This document shows, one piece after another, positions 37,779 through 49,758 of a stretch of 64,000 nt of DNA. The stretch's first letter is position 1. Every line of letters begins with the position of its first letter. Under the pieces are notes generated by a model that ran no database searches, was not told where the DNA came from, and saw only the letters and a list, made by a program, of their open reading frames with translations. A program made the position numbers and the translations under genes. The DNA comes from Thermodesulfobacteriota bacterium (GTDB taxonomy: Bacteria; Desulfobacterota; Desulfarculia; JACQYL01), in NCBI GenBank assembly GCA_963675595.2, contig CAXXLZ010000002.1:1696001-1760000 (forward strand), given 5' to 3'.

Positions 37779-38708
37779 ATGCATATTTTCGTTTCAGGTT
37801 CTCTGGCGTTCGATCGCATCATGGATTTTCCCGGAAAATTCGCCGACCATATTCTCCCGGAGAAGATTCATGTCCTCAATGTATCCTTCCAGGTGAACGG
37901 CTTGAGAGAACTGCTGGGAGGAACCGCGGGCAACATCGCCTATAATCTTGCGCTCCTCGGGGAAAAACCCGTAATTCTGTCGTCCGCCGGCATGGACTTC
38001 CAGAGGTATGAAGATTGGCTCGTCCGCCATGGGCTCCCTCTCCAGGGAATTCACCGCGTGGAGGAAGAATGGACCGCCGCCGCCTACATCACCACGGATT
38101 TGGCCGACAACCAGATTACGGGCTTCAATCCCGGCGCAATGAAATACCCTTCAAAATTCCGTTTCGACGGAATCAACCCCGAACGGAGCCTCGCCATTGT
38201 GGCGCCCGGGAACGTGGAGGACATGATTTCCTATGCGCGGACCTACCGGGAACTCAAGATTTCCTACTTGTTCGATCCGGGACAGCAGATACCCGTATTG
38301 CCCCGGGCCGACCTTGAAGAAGCGATCACGGGAGCCGAGTTGCTGATTTCCAACGACTACGAACTCGAAATGATCATGAGCGCCTTGGAGATGGATATGG
38401 ACGGCCTCCTGGAGAAGACCGGAACCGTCATCACCACCTTCGGCGACAAGGGCTCCCGGGTGGTCACGAAGCAAGGGCAAGTGCATATCGGAATCTCCAA
38501 ACCGACCGGAGTGGTTGATCCCACGGGAGCCGGCGACGCTTTCCGGGCCGGACTGATCAAAGGCTTGGTGGAAGGCAAAACCCCTTCGGAGGCCTGCGAA
38601 ATGGGTGCCGTCTGCGCCGGCTTCGCAGTGGAACACTACGGTACCCAGGAACACGCGTTCACCCGGGAGGAATTCCGGCGTCGGTACGAGGAGAGCTTTG
38701 CAGGGTAG
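37779..38708 (+). CDS. PfkB-family carbohydrate/nucleoside kinase (adenosine-kinase-like)
   Basis: VSGSLAFD, GGTAGNIAY, FDPGQ, NDYE, DPTGAGDAFRAG. Confidence 0.93.
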   Translation: MHIFVSGSLAFDRIMDFPGKFADHILPEKIHVLNVSFQVNGLRELLGGTAGNIAYNLALLGEKPVILSSAGMDFQRYEDWLVRHGLPLQGIHRVEEEWTAAAYITTDLADNQITGFNPGAMKYPSKFRFDGINPERSLAIVAPGNVEDMISYARTYRELKISYLFDPGQQIPVLPRADLEEAITGAELLISNDYELEMIMSALEMDMDGLLEKTGTVITTFGDKGSRVVTKQGQVHIGISKPTGVVDPTGAGDAFRAGLIKGLVEGKTPSEACEMGAVCAGFAVEHYGTQEHAFTREEFRRRYEESFAG

Positions 38709-38888
38709 ACCCGCGAAAAGCGCCTCGCCGGTCGCCGAACGTTTTGAAAAAGAGGCGTGGAACTGAAGAAACTTGTGCGCGAAGGGCCTCACCTTCACGG
38801 GCTTCCCCGCCGGTGTCACGGCTCATGGATCCGTTCTTGACTCTCAAACGCTAAGTGGGTAATGAAAGGCGTCTCGTATCCCCAGGAT

Positions 38889-38945
38889 CAGTCTGAAGGC
38901 GAACCTCAGCCGGACTCTCGCCCCGGTGCAGTCTGAAGGCGAACC
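38889..38945 (+). repeat. 17-bp direct repeat CAGTCTGAAGGCGAACC x2, 40-bp period
   Basis: Exact copies at 38889-38905 and 38929-38945, upstream of tkt. Confidence 0.85.
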
Positions 38946-39005
38946 GACAACAGATCCTATGATCCCGACCCTAGCGGGCACGAACCGACCAAATCACTCG
39001 GGAGA

Positions 39006-41033
<2,028 letters not shown>

Positions 41034-41108
41034 TTGACCCGAACAAAGGCCCAAGATGAGGACGGCGTCACGGCCTTGAATCGCCGTGCACGCCGTTTCA
41101 AACGAAGC

Positions 41109-41522
41109 CTAAACCAACGCCTTGACCAGGACAAGAGTCCCGTCTTCCTCCCGGTCCCGGGCAACGTAACCTCGTTTCAGCCAGAATCGCAGGGCGGCGG
41201 AATCCTCCGGTCCCACTCTTACCCTGCATCGGCTTGCTTTCAGACGTTTCCCAACGAATTTCTCCAGTAGGCTCGCTCCTTCCGTTCCGAACCCTCGTCC
41301 TCGTAACTCTTTCCCCAGTACGATACCGATTTCCATTTCATCCCACCGGCCCGGCTCCGCCCCAATTTCCGCCGTCCCCAGCAAAGCGCCTGAAACGCTC
41401 TGCAAGCTGAAAACAAGGTGCAGCTTGCCGTGCAGACAGGGGGCCGACGCCAAACGCCAGGCATTCCTCCACTCCGGTTTCAGTTTGACCCGGCAGGGTT
41501 CCATGGGTCTCGTCGTCCACAT
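41109..41522 (-). CDS. GNAT-family acetyltransferase-like protein (possibly degenerate)
   Basis: EIGIVLGKELRGRGFGT, AALRFWLKRGY. Confidence 0.6.
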   Translation of the reverse strand: MWTTRPMEPCRVKLKPEWRNAWRLASAPCLHGKLHLVFSLQSVSGALLGTAEIGAEPGRWDEMEIGIVLGKELRGRGFGTEGASLLEKFVGKRLKASRCRVRVGPEDSAALRFWLKRGYVARDREEDGTLVLVKALV

Positions 41523-41912
41523 CGAGAGTCTCCGTCCTCCTCTCCCTGAAAAATTCCTACGATCATTTCCTCTCTACACGGTCGTCCATCGCATCCTCCC
41601 CGGACGGGTGCGACCGTCCATACCCGTTCGGAATTTTATCTAAATGTTCCGACCCCTTATCCACCTTCGGTCAACTTGACAAGCACGAAGAAAACGAAGT
41701 ACTTGTGAGTTGATTGCTCGACGAAAATCGGCCGTGCGGAGGTTTGCGTCCCCTCATTCGGATGGATGCCGTGCCTTCGACGTGTAGGGGTTCCGTCACC
41801 GAATTCCGATCGGGCGTTCGACAACGGCCCCCAGGCTCGCTGAAATCCGTCGACAGGGGCCGGAGCACCCCGGAAACGCCAGTTGATCATAACATAAGAG
41901 TGGAATCGCCCG

Positions 41913-42884
41913 GTGACACAAACGCGCATCCTCATCGTGGAAGACGAGCGGATCGTTGCGAGGGATCTCCAATATCGCCTCGAGAAGATGGGGTACCTGG
42001 TTTCCGGCATCGCCTCCTCCGGTGAAGATGCGATTCAGGCCGCGTCCGACTGCGTTCCCGACCTTATTCTCATGGACATCGTGCTCGACGGACAGATGGA
42101 CGGCGTCGAGGCCGCTCGACAAATCCGTCTGACTCGAAATATCCCGATCCTCTTCGTAACCTCCTTTTCCGACGACCAATTCGTGGAACGAGCCAAGACC
42201 ACCGAGGCTTCGGGCTACATTTTGAAACCCGTGGATGAACGTGAACTTTCCATTGCCATAGATATGGCTCTATACAAAGCCCACGCCGAGTCTCGGCTGC
42301 GGGAAGAAGAGCTGCGTTTCCGCATCGTGGCCGACTTTGCTTATGAGTGGGAAATGTGGGTTGGTCCGGAAGGTGAGTGGCTCTACAATTCTCCCTCCTG
42401 TGAACGCATCACCGGGTATACCCGTGAGGAGTTCCTCCGTGACCCGTCGTTGATGACCAGGATAGTACATCCGGAAGATCTGAAGGACTTCACCCAATTC
42501 CTGGAATTCTCCATGCATTCCCGGGACGTGGAACAGATCGATTTTCGGATCATCAACCGCTGGGGCGAAGAACGCTGGATCGGCCGCCACTGTCGCCCCG
42601 TGGTGACTTCCGACGGTGAATGGCTCGGTCGAAGGGTCAGCCACGTGGACGTAACAGAGCGAAAGCGGCTTGTCGAGGAACTCCAACAGGCCTTGGCCAA
42701 CGTCAAAGTGCTCAAGGGCCTTCTTCCCATTTGCTCCATTTGCAAGAAGATACGTGACGACTCGGGCTACTGGAACCAACTCGAGAGCTACCTGAAAGAA
42801 CACGCCGACGCCCGTTTCAGCCACAGCATCTGCCCGGACTGTATGAAGGCACACTATCGCGAATTCATGGACCCTGAAGAATGA
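41913..42884 (+). CDS. Response regulator with PAS domain and C-terminal Cys-rich tail
   Basis: ILIVEDE, DLILMDI, GYILKP; PAS SPSCERITGY...VHPED; LLPICSICKKIR...SHSICPDC. Confidence 0.92.
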   Translation: MTQTRILIVEDERIVARDLQYRLEKMGYLVSGIASSGEDAIQAASDCVPDLILMDIVLDGQMDGVEAARQIRLTRNIPILFVTSFSDDQFVERAKTTEASGYILKPVDERELSIAIDMALYKAHAESRLREEELRFRIVADFAYEWEMWVGPEGEWLYNSPSCERITGYTREEFLRDPSLMTRIVHPEDLKDFTQFLEFSMHSRDVEQIDFRIINRWGEERWIGRHCRPVVTSDGEWLGRRVSHVDVTERKRLVEELQQALANVKVLKGLLPICSICKKIRDDSGYWNQLESYLKEHADARFSHSICPDCMKAHYREFMDPEE

Positions 42885-43924
42885 ACAAAACACCGGCCTC
42901 GACGGCTTCATCGGATGGAACGCAACCCGAATTCCAGGCATCTCCGCCCAAAGACGGCCCCTCCTTTCCTTCCCAGGAATCGCTGCGCCGACTGGTTCGG
43001 GAATTTCTTCCTCACCATCGTCTTCCACAACAGTTCCGAATGGTTACGGATACTTCCGAGTTTATCCGAATCGAATATGACGATGTGGTGCTCCTGAACG
43101 GCCGGCCCTACCTGATTCTGCACAACGCCAAGGAGTTGCGATTCGGCCTCGAGGATGAGGTGAAATACTGGGTCAAACGGGCCATCGACCTGCAAGACGG
43201 TTCGCCGAGAATTTTGAAGCTCGTTTTCTACGAAACCTATACGGCTCATGTGGGCGCCATCGCGTTTGAATGCTTTCGGAGCCCTCGAAAAGAGGCGCGC
43301 ATACTGGAACTCGTGGCGACGCATCCCAACTTCATGCACGGCACTACGGTTGAGGACCCGAAAGGAAACCTCATCCGGATTTTGGAAGTCGTCCAAGGCC
43401 CCCCGCTATCCAACTATGTCACTGCACTGCAAGGAAACCACGAATCCTATTTTCACGATGTCTTCCCGGACATATTGGACAACTTCATCGAATGTGTCGA
43501 AGCGATTCGTTTTCTCCACGAAAACGGAGAGAAACACGGCGACATCCGGAGGGATCATATCCTCGTGGATAAGACCGATCACACGTATCGATGGATCGAC
43601 TTCGACTTTAACTACCGACACCGGGAGAACATCTATGGATATGATCTTTTCGGCTTGGGCAACGTCCTGGCCTTTCTCGTAGGCAAGGGTGACGTTCTTG
43701 TGAGAGACCTTCGACGCCGGGAAGATCCCGCCTCGGAATCCATCACGGAAGATGACCTCAACATCGTTTTTGAGAGTCGCGTAGTGAACTTGAAAAAGAT
43801 TTTTCCTTACATACCGGAAGAGCTCAACCGGATCCTGCTGCATTTCACCAGGGGGGCTCGGTGGTATTACGAGCATACGAACCAACTCCTGGAGGACCTC
43901 CGCTCCGCAAGGCTCCTCATCTGA
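42881..43924 (+). CDS. Atypical Ser/Thr protein kinase-like protein
   Basis: ILKLVF, EARIL, HGDIRRDHI, WIDFDF, DLFGLG. Confidence 0.8.
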   Translation: MNKTPASTASSDGTQPEFQASPPKDGPSFPSQESLRRLVREFLPHHRLPQQFRMVTDTSEFIRIEYDDVVLLNGRPYLILHNAKELRFGLEDEVKYWVKRAIDLQDGSPRILKLVFYETYTAHVGAIAFECFRSPRKEARILELVATHPNFMHGTTVEDPKGNLIRILEVVQGPPLSNYVTALQGNHESYFHDVFPDILDNFIECVEAIRFLHENGEKHGDIRRDHILVDKTDHTYRWIDFDFNYRHRENIYGYDLFGLGNVLAFLVGKGDVLVRDLRRREDPASESITEDDLNIVFESRVVNLKKIFPYIPEELNRILLHFTRGARWYYEHTNQLLEDLRSARLLI

Positions 43925-43966
43925 CGGACGGGATGGGTGGTGCAACGCGCGATTCGGCCGTAACCG

Positions 43967-44192
43967 CAACGGCCCGCTGAGCAAAGGTCGGCTGCCGGAA
44001 GCGGGAGAAAGACGACGACACGGAGTGCGTCGCAGCGACCCGAAACGAAACGCGACGTCCAGAAATCGCGCCTTTCAACAACGGCCCGCTGAGCAAAGGT
44101 CGGCTGCCGGAAGCGGGAGAAAGACGACGACACGGAGTGCGTCGCAGCGACCCGAAACGAAACGCGACGTCCGGAAATCGCGCTTTTCAACA
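43967..44192 (+). repeat. 112-bp tandem duplication (two near-identical copies) related to MITE family 1
   Basis: Copies start at 43967 and 44079; share GGCCCG.TG and CGTCGCAG.GAC...CGCG..TTTCAAC with family 1. Confidence 0.9.
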
Positions 44193-44213
44193 GCCCGGAA
44201 AAGGAGATTTCAG

Positions 44214-44684
44214 ATGACCAAAGAAGGTCGACAATTCAATAAAGATATCCTCATTGCGGTGGATGAATCCGAAAACTCGCACAGAGCCGTTGCCTACGTT
44301 GGATTCATGCTGGGCGGTTATGGGGATTTCAACGTAACGATTCTGCACATCATTGCGGATCCGGACGAAGATTTCTTTCCCTCGAAGGAGGAAAAGGACA
44401 AGTGGCTGGCCGGCCGGAAGGTCCGGATCGACACTTTGCTGGAAGAATACCGCGGCATCCTTGTGGCCTCCGGTTTCGATTCCGACAAAGTGCGGGTCCA
44501 TTCCACCCTGAAAGACTGCCCTTCCATGGCGGAATGCATCCTCGCCGAGTGGCAAAGCACGGAATACGGCACCATTGTGGTGGGCCGGCAAGGACTTTCC
44601 CGCAGCGAGCAATTCCTTTTCGGAAGCATCTCCAGTCGTATCGTCAACCATGCTCGAGATTGCACCGTCTGGGTCGTGGAGTGA
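44214..44684 (+). CDS. Universal stress protein
   Basis: ILIAVDESENS, TIVVGRQG, FLFGSISSRIV, TVWVVE; AAGGAG RBS. Confidence 0.93.
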   Translation: MTKEGRQFNKDILIAVDESENSHRAVAYVGFMLGGYGDFNVTILHIIADPDEDFFPSKEEKDKWLAGRKVRIDTLLEEYRGILVASGFDSDKVRVHSTLKDCPSMAECILAEWQSTEYGTIVVGRQGLSRSEQFLFGSISSRIVNHARDCTVWVVE

Positions 44685-44851
44685 TCCGCATCGATTGATT
44701 CCGAAACCCATGATGCCGTGGCGCTGCGATGAGTGCCCTCATATCTTTGATGGGAGCTTGTGAAGAGCTCCCATCATTGTTCCGGGCTAGGGATTCGTCC
44801 CTTCTCACGTGAACGATCGAAGGCGATCTTTGTTCTTGGTGAAGAGAATCC

Positions 44852-46243
44852 ATGACGTCTGTAATCCTGGTGGTCCTGTTCGTTTTGTGGATCAATTTCG
44901 CCCCTCCCCTCGCCCATCTTCTTCTGGGCGACCGTTTCCAAAGGCCGGTGGACGGGGGAAGGCGATGGCGGGACGGTCTACCTCTTCTGGGTCCTCATAA
45001 GACTCTCCGAGGCGTGTCGGCGGGACTTGCGGCCGGGTGCGTCGTCGCACCTTTCTTGGGAATGACTCTGTGGGAGGGGATCGGAGGTGCGGCCGCCGCC
45101 ATGACGGGAGACCTGATCTCCAGCTTCATCAAACGCAGGCTCAACCTGGCCAGCGGTCGCGCCTTCTTTCTGTTGGACCAGCTCTTCGAAGTGGCTTTGC
45201 CCGCCTCATATTTCTTCTTCCTGGGGCGTATTACTCCCGGGGAAGCCTATGCCGTCGTGATCATCTTCATACCCATCACCCATCTGGGCGCCTGGTTCTG
45301 GAAGGACGTGCTTCAACGCGCTCCCAAAGGGTATCCCCGCCGTCCCACTCCCATTTTGCGCCTCAAGGAATGGGTCTCCTGCAGCCCTCCCCTGGTCCCT
45401 TGGCATTTCTGGCTGAACTTGGGAAGCGTCCTTTATTACCGTGTCTTCATGAACGCGATCTTCAAAATTCTGGGAATCTACAAGACCGGAGAACGAAACG
45501 TTCTCCGGATTTCCGTCCAGGAGAGGACCTTACACTTCGAAGACCTTCCGGATGCCTTTGACGGTTATCGGATTCTGCTCTTGGTGGACCTTCACCTGGA
45601 CGGCCATCCGGGTTTGACCCGCCGACTCAGCGATATGCTGGAAAAATGGGAGGCGGACCTGTGCCTCATCGGAGGCGACATCCGGATGGAGACCTACGGT
45701 TCCGCAGGACCGGCTCTGTCCGCCCTCCGGGAAATCCTCGTGCACGTTCGTTCTCGAGACGGGCTTCTGGGAGTACTGGGCAACCACGACTGCGTCGAGA
45801 TGATCCCGGATCTGACCGCCGCGGGCGTCAACCTGCTCATCAACGATTCGGTGGACATCAGGCGCGGGGGAGAAACCATCTGGATCGTGGGCCTTGACGA
45901 TCCTCATTATTACAAGGCCCATGACCTGAGACAGGCCTTCAAACAGGTGCCGGAAAAGGCGTTTACCATTCTCGTCGCCCATACCCCGGAGGCGTACCGG
46001 GAGGCCGCGGCGTTCCACCCGAACCTCTACCTGTGCGGCCACACGCACGGCGGTCAGATATGTCTCGGCCACGGCGGACGTCCCGTGTTCACCCACTGCA
46101 GAGCCCCCCGAACCATGGCTGCGGGGGAATGGTCCTACGCCGGGATGAAAGGTTACACCAGCCGAGGGGTGGGCGCGTCGGGGCTGCCGCTGCGATTCAA
46201 TTGTCCGGGTGAAATCACCCTGCTCACCTTGAGACGTGGTTGA
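44852..46243 (+). CDS. CarS-like (CDP-archaeol synthase family) domain fused to a calcineurin-like metallophosphoesterase
   Basis: N-terminal PVDGG...LLGPHKTLRG...GDLISSFIKRRL...LLDQ; C-terminal DLH, GGD, LGNHD, LCGHTHGGQ. Confidence 0.85.
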   Translation: MTSVILVVLFVLWINFAPPLAHLLLGDRFQRPVDGGRRWRDGLPLLGPHKTLRGVSAGLAAGCVVAPFLGMTLWEGIGGAAAAMTGDLISSFIKRRLNLASGRAFFLLDQLFEVALPASYFFFLGRITPGEAYAVVIIFIPITHLGAWFWKDVLQRAPKGYPRRPTPILRLKEWVSCSPPLVPWHFWLNLGSVLYYRVFMNAIFKILGIYKTGERNVLRISVQERTLHFEDLPDAFDGYRILLLVDLHLDGHPGLTRRLSDMLEKWEADLCLIGGDIRMETYGSAGPALSALREILVHVRSRDGLLGVLGNHDCVEMIPDLTAAGVNLLINDSVDIRRGGETIWIVGLDDPHYYKAHDLRQAFKQVPEKAFTILVAHTPEAYREAAAFHPNLYLCGHTHGGQICLGHGGRPVFTHCRAPRTMAAGEWSYAGMKGYTSRGVGASGLPLRFNCPGEITLLTLRRG

Positions 46244-46280
46244 GAGGCACGCGGGCGGTGTTCGAGTGCGGGTCGGGAGG

Positions 46281-46298
46281 TTGTGACAAATATCACAA
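46281..46298. promoter_or_regulatory. Palindromic operator TTGTGACAAATATCACAA (Rex- or CRP/FNR-like)
   Basis: TTGTGA-N6-TCACAA in the intergenic region upstream of the hdrA-like operon. Confidence 0.55.
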
Positions 46299-46722
46299 GA
46301 TACGCCGGTTTTCATCATGCGACGGGATACCCCTTACTTGGGGCATTTTTACTCAATTCGATGAGGGCGGCTTTCCCCGCTCATCGTAACCTGCGGTTCC
46401 AAAACAAGGAATCGGGCGAACCTCCGTCCCGGCTCTTGTCCGGCGGTAAGGGGCCGAATTGGGGAGAAATTATACTTGACTTCTTTTCGACGTTGTGTGA
46501 GTACTGATTTTCACAAGCCCTGTACACGGGGTGTATAGGAATGTCTAGAAGTGTGCCCGTTTAAACCCATGGTGCGCGCTTCCGTCGCAGGATCCTTCGC
46601 CGCGCCCCCGAACCTCGTTTGCGGTCCGTGTGTCGCTTCGCGAAAGCTTCCCGCTCGATAGATTCTTCTTCCCCAAAACCCCGTTAGCCTTCTTCAACAT
46701 CTAACCGGTTCGAGAACGAAAG

Positions 46723-49700
46723 ATGCCAGAAGAAAAGACATTTCAAGCCCAAGACAGCGTACTCGTGATCGGCGGCGGCGTCGGCGGCATCCAGGCCGCC
46801 ATCGACTTATCGGAATCGGGCAAGAATGTTCTGCTCGTGGATAAGGCGCCCGCCATCGGCGGTCTGATGACCCAACTGGACCGCACCTTTCCAACCAATA
46901 ACTGCGACATCTGTACCGTGTCCCCTCACCTATCCGAAACCGGCCGCAGCACGAGCTTCCAAATGCTCACCATGACCCGGGTTTCCGGACTCGAGGGTTC
47001 CGCCGGCGACTTCAGCGTGACGCTGAAGACCGCCCCCAGGTACATCGACCTGGAGAAATGCACGGCGTGCGGCGACTGTCTCAAGAACTTTCCCGACTGC
47101 GTCCGGTACGATCCGGGCCTGGATCATCGCGCACCCACCTGTATGCGCTATCCCAAGGCCACGCCCCAGGCGTACTCCATCGACATGGGAAAATGCTCCG
47201 ATGTCCAGGCTTTGGTCAACGTATGCAAGGCGGGAGCCATCATACCCGAGGACCAGGAAAAGTCCCGGCAGGTTGCGATGGGCTCCATCGTGCTCGCCCC
47301 CGGCGCCGCAATGTTCGATGCCGACAAGCTGGACACCTACGGACATGCCTTCTTTTCCAACGTGGTCACGGGTCTCGAATATGAGCGGATTCTTTCCGCC
47401 TCCGGCCCCACTTCCGGGCAACTGGTTCGGCCTTCCGACGGCGAACAACCCAAGAAAATCGCCTGGATCCAGTGTGTCGGTTCCAGAAACATCAACCAAG
47501 CGGACGTTCCCTACTGCAACAGCGTCTGCTGCATGTACGCCCTGAAGGAAGCCATCGTCACCAAGCAACGTTTCGGCGCCGACATCGAAACCGTCGTCTT
47601 CTACATGGACATGCGGACTTTCGGTAAGGACTACGAACGTTACTATCAGCGAGCCAAGAACGAAACCGGCATCCGTTTCGTCAATTGCCGACCTCACTCA
47701 GTGGACCGATGTGCCGGCACCGACAATCTGATGCTGTCCTATTTGCTCGAAGGCGAGAGCGTGCCCCAAACGGAAGAATTCGATATGGTCGTGCTCTCCA
47801 CGGGGTTCGTCATCCCCGAAGATGTGGCGGAACTCGGCCGAACCCTGGGTATTGAACTCAACGATCACCGATTCGCGTCCACTTCGAGCTTCTCCCCGGT
47901 GGCCTCTTCCAAAGCGGGGATCTACGTCTGCGGGCTTTTCGAAAGCCCCAAGGACATTCCCGAAACGCTGATCCAGGCGAGCGCCGCCGCTTGTCTCGCG
48001 GGTCAGGGCCTGCAGAATCGGGAGGAAATCAAGGTCCCGGTCCAACTAGACCGGCCGGAACGAGACGTGCTGGGTGAAGACCCCAACATCGGGGTGTTCG
48101 TCTTTGAATGCGGTTTCGGCAACGGTTCGGTAATGGATGCGGACGCGCTGGCCAAGTACGCCGCCGCCCTGCCCGGAGTTACCTTCTCGGCCAAGATGGG
48201 CCCCGCAATCAACCAAGAATCTCTGGCCTTCGTCGAGAAGACCATCCAGGAACGAAACCTGAACCGGGTCGTTATAGGGGCGGGCTCTCCGAGAACACAG
48301 GAGCCGCTGTTTCAGGAAACCCTGAAGCGAGCCGGCTTGAACAAGTATTTGCTGGAAATAGCCAACATCCAGGATCAGGGCGCGTGGGTCCATGAATCCG
48401 CCGCGGCGCAGGCCACTGAAAAAGGTAAGGATCTCATCCGTATGGCCGTGGCCTCCGTGGCTTTGGCCAGACCCCTTGAGGACCGGTCCTTTCCCGCCAA
48501 CAAAGACGTCCTGGTGGTGGGCGGCGGTGTCGCCGGTATGAACTCCGCTCTGGCTCTCGCTTCACAGGGCCGCAAAGTCACCTTGTTGGAACGTTCCGAC
48601 GAGCTCGGCGGAATCGCCGCCAATGTGTGCAAGACCCTGGAAGGCGAAGATGTCCGCGAATACATGAAGAGCCTGATTGATCAGGTTTCCGCTCATCAGG
48701 ATATCGAGGTGTTGACCGGCGCGCAGGTGGTGGATCATTCGGGTGTACCCGGCATGTTCCAGACCGGTGTGCGTCTGTCCCCCGACGGTTCCTACCGCAA
48801 AATCGAATACGGAGCCGGCATTCTGGCCACGGGAGCCTTGGCCAACCGACCCAAGGAATATCTCCTCGGCGACCATGATGCCGCCATGACCCAACTGAAA
48901 CTGGACCGATTCATCGAATCCGATCCCGACAAGATCAAGGGCTGGAAGAACGTGGTCATGATCCAGTGCGTCGGGTCCAGAGTTCCGGAGAATCCCAACT
49001 GCTCCAGAGTCTGTTGTCAGGCGGCGGTCAAGAATGCTCTGCGCATCAAGGAACTCAATCCCGATGCTCAGATCTTCGTTCTGAATCGGGACGTGCGCAC
49101 CTACGGGTTCCAGGAGGATTATTATCGCAAGGCCCGGGAACGGGGTGTCGTGTTCGTACGTTACTCGGTGGACGCAAAACCGGTGGTCAGCGCCCAAGGA
49201 GAAACGATCCAGGTGGAATTCACGGACCCGATCCTTTCCAAACCCGTCAAAGTCGCAGCCGACTGCTTGGCGTTAAGCACCGGGTTCCTCGCCGACACGG
49301 AAGGCAACAGCGAGCTCGCCAGGATTTTCCGGCTTCCCATGACGGAAGACGGATATCTCTTGGAAGAGCACATCAAACTTCGTCCGACGGACTTGCCTAC
49401 CCCCGGCTTCTTCATCGCCGGCGCGGCTCATGCACCCAAGCTGATCCGTGAGAGCATCGCCCAGGCACAAGCCGCCGCCGGACGCGCCCTCACCGTTCTT
49501 GCCAAAGACACCATCACGGTGGGAGCGTCCTACGCCGAAGTGGAAAGCGAAAAATGCGCCGCCTGTCTCATCTGTGTGAGGGCTTGTCCCTTTGACGTTC
49601 CGGTAATCTCGGGCGGCTATTCCTTCATCGATCCGGCCAAGTGTCACGGGTGCGGAGTCTGCGTGGCCGAATGTCCCGCAAAAGCGATCCAGCTCATGCA

Positions 49701-49758
49701 GTTCGAAGATGACCGGATCATGGCCAAATTGGATGGACTCCTGGAAGGAAGGGTATGA
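46723..49758 (+). CDS. hdrA: Large HdrA-like flavoprotein (two FAD modules, Fe-S)
   Basis: Two GGGV.G FAD motifs, LDRTFPTNNC, two IQCVGSR...C..VCC motifs, C-terminal 2x[4Fe-4S]. Confidence 0.92.
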   Translation: MPEEKTFQAQDSVLVIGGGVGGIQAAIDLSESGKNVLLVDKAPAIGGLMTQLDRTFPTNNCDICTVSPHLSETGRSTSFQMLTMTRVSGLEGSAGDFSVTLKTAPRYIDLEKCTACGDCLKNFPDCVRYDPGLDHRAPTCMRYPKATPQAYSIDMGKCSDVQALVNVCKAGAIIPEDQEKSRQVAMGSIVLAPGAAMFDADKLDTYGHAFFSNVVTGLEYERILSASGPTSGQLVRPSDGEQPKKIAWIQCVGSRNINQADVPYCNSVCCMYALKEAIVTKQRFGADIETVVFYMDMRTFGKDYERYYQRAKNETGIRFVNCRPHSVDRCAGTDNLMLSYLLEGESVPQTEEFDMVVLSTGFVIPEDVAELGRTLGIELNDHRFASTSSFSPVASSKAGIYVCGLFESPKDIPETLIQASAAACLAGQGLQNREEIKVPVQLDRPERDVLGEDPNIGVFVFECGFGNGSVMDADALAKYAAALPGVTFSAKMGPAINQESLAFVEKTIQERNLNRVVIGAGSPRTQEPLFQETLKRAGLNKYLLEIANIQDQGAWVHESAAAQATEKGKDLIRMAVASVALARPLEDRSFPANKDVLVVGGGVAGMNSALALASQGRKVTLLERSDELGGIAANVCKTLEGEDVREYMKSLIDQVSAHQDIEVLTGAQVVDHSGVPGMFQTGVRLSPDGSYRKIEYGAGILATGALANRPKEYLLGDHDAAMTQLKLDRFIESDPDKIKGWKNVVMIQCVGSRVPENPNCSRVCCQAAVKNALRIKELNPDAQIFVLNRDVRTYGFQEDYYRKARERGVVFVRYSVDAKPVVSAQGETIQVEFTDPILSKPVKVAADCLALSTGFLADTEGNSELARIFRLPMTEDGYLLEEHIKLRPTDLPTPGFFIAGAAHAPKLIRESIAQAQAAAGRALTVLAKDTITVGASYAEVESEKCAACLICVRACPFDVPVISGGYSFIDPAKCHGCGVCVAECPAKAIQLMQFEDDRIMAKLDGLLEGRV

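Noticed and set aside
38889-38945. Possible mini-CRISPR (repeat-spacer-repeat)
   Set aside because: Only two 17-bp repeats with a 23-bp spacer, non-palindromic, and no cas genes; no CRISPR array was seen anywhere in the window.
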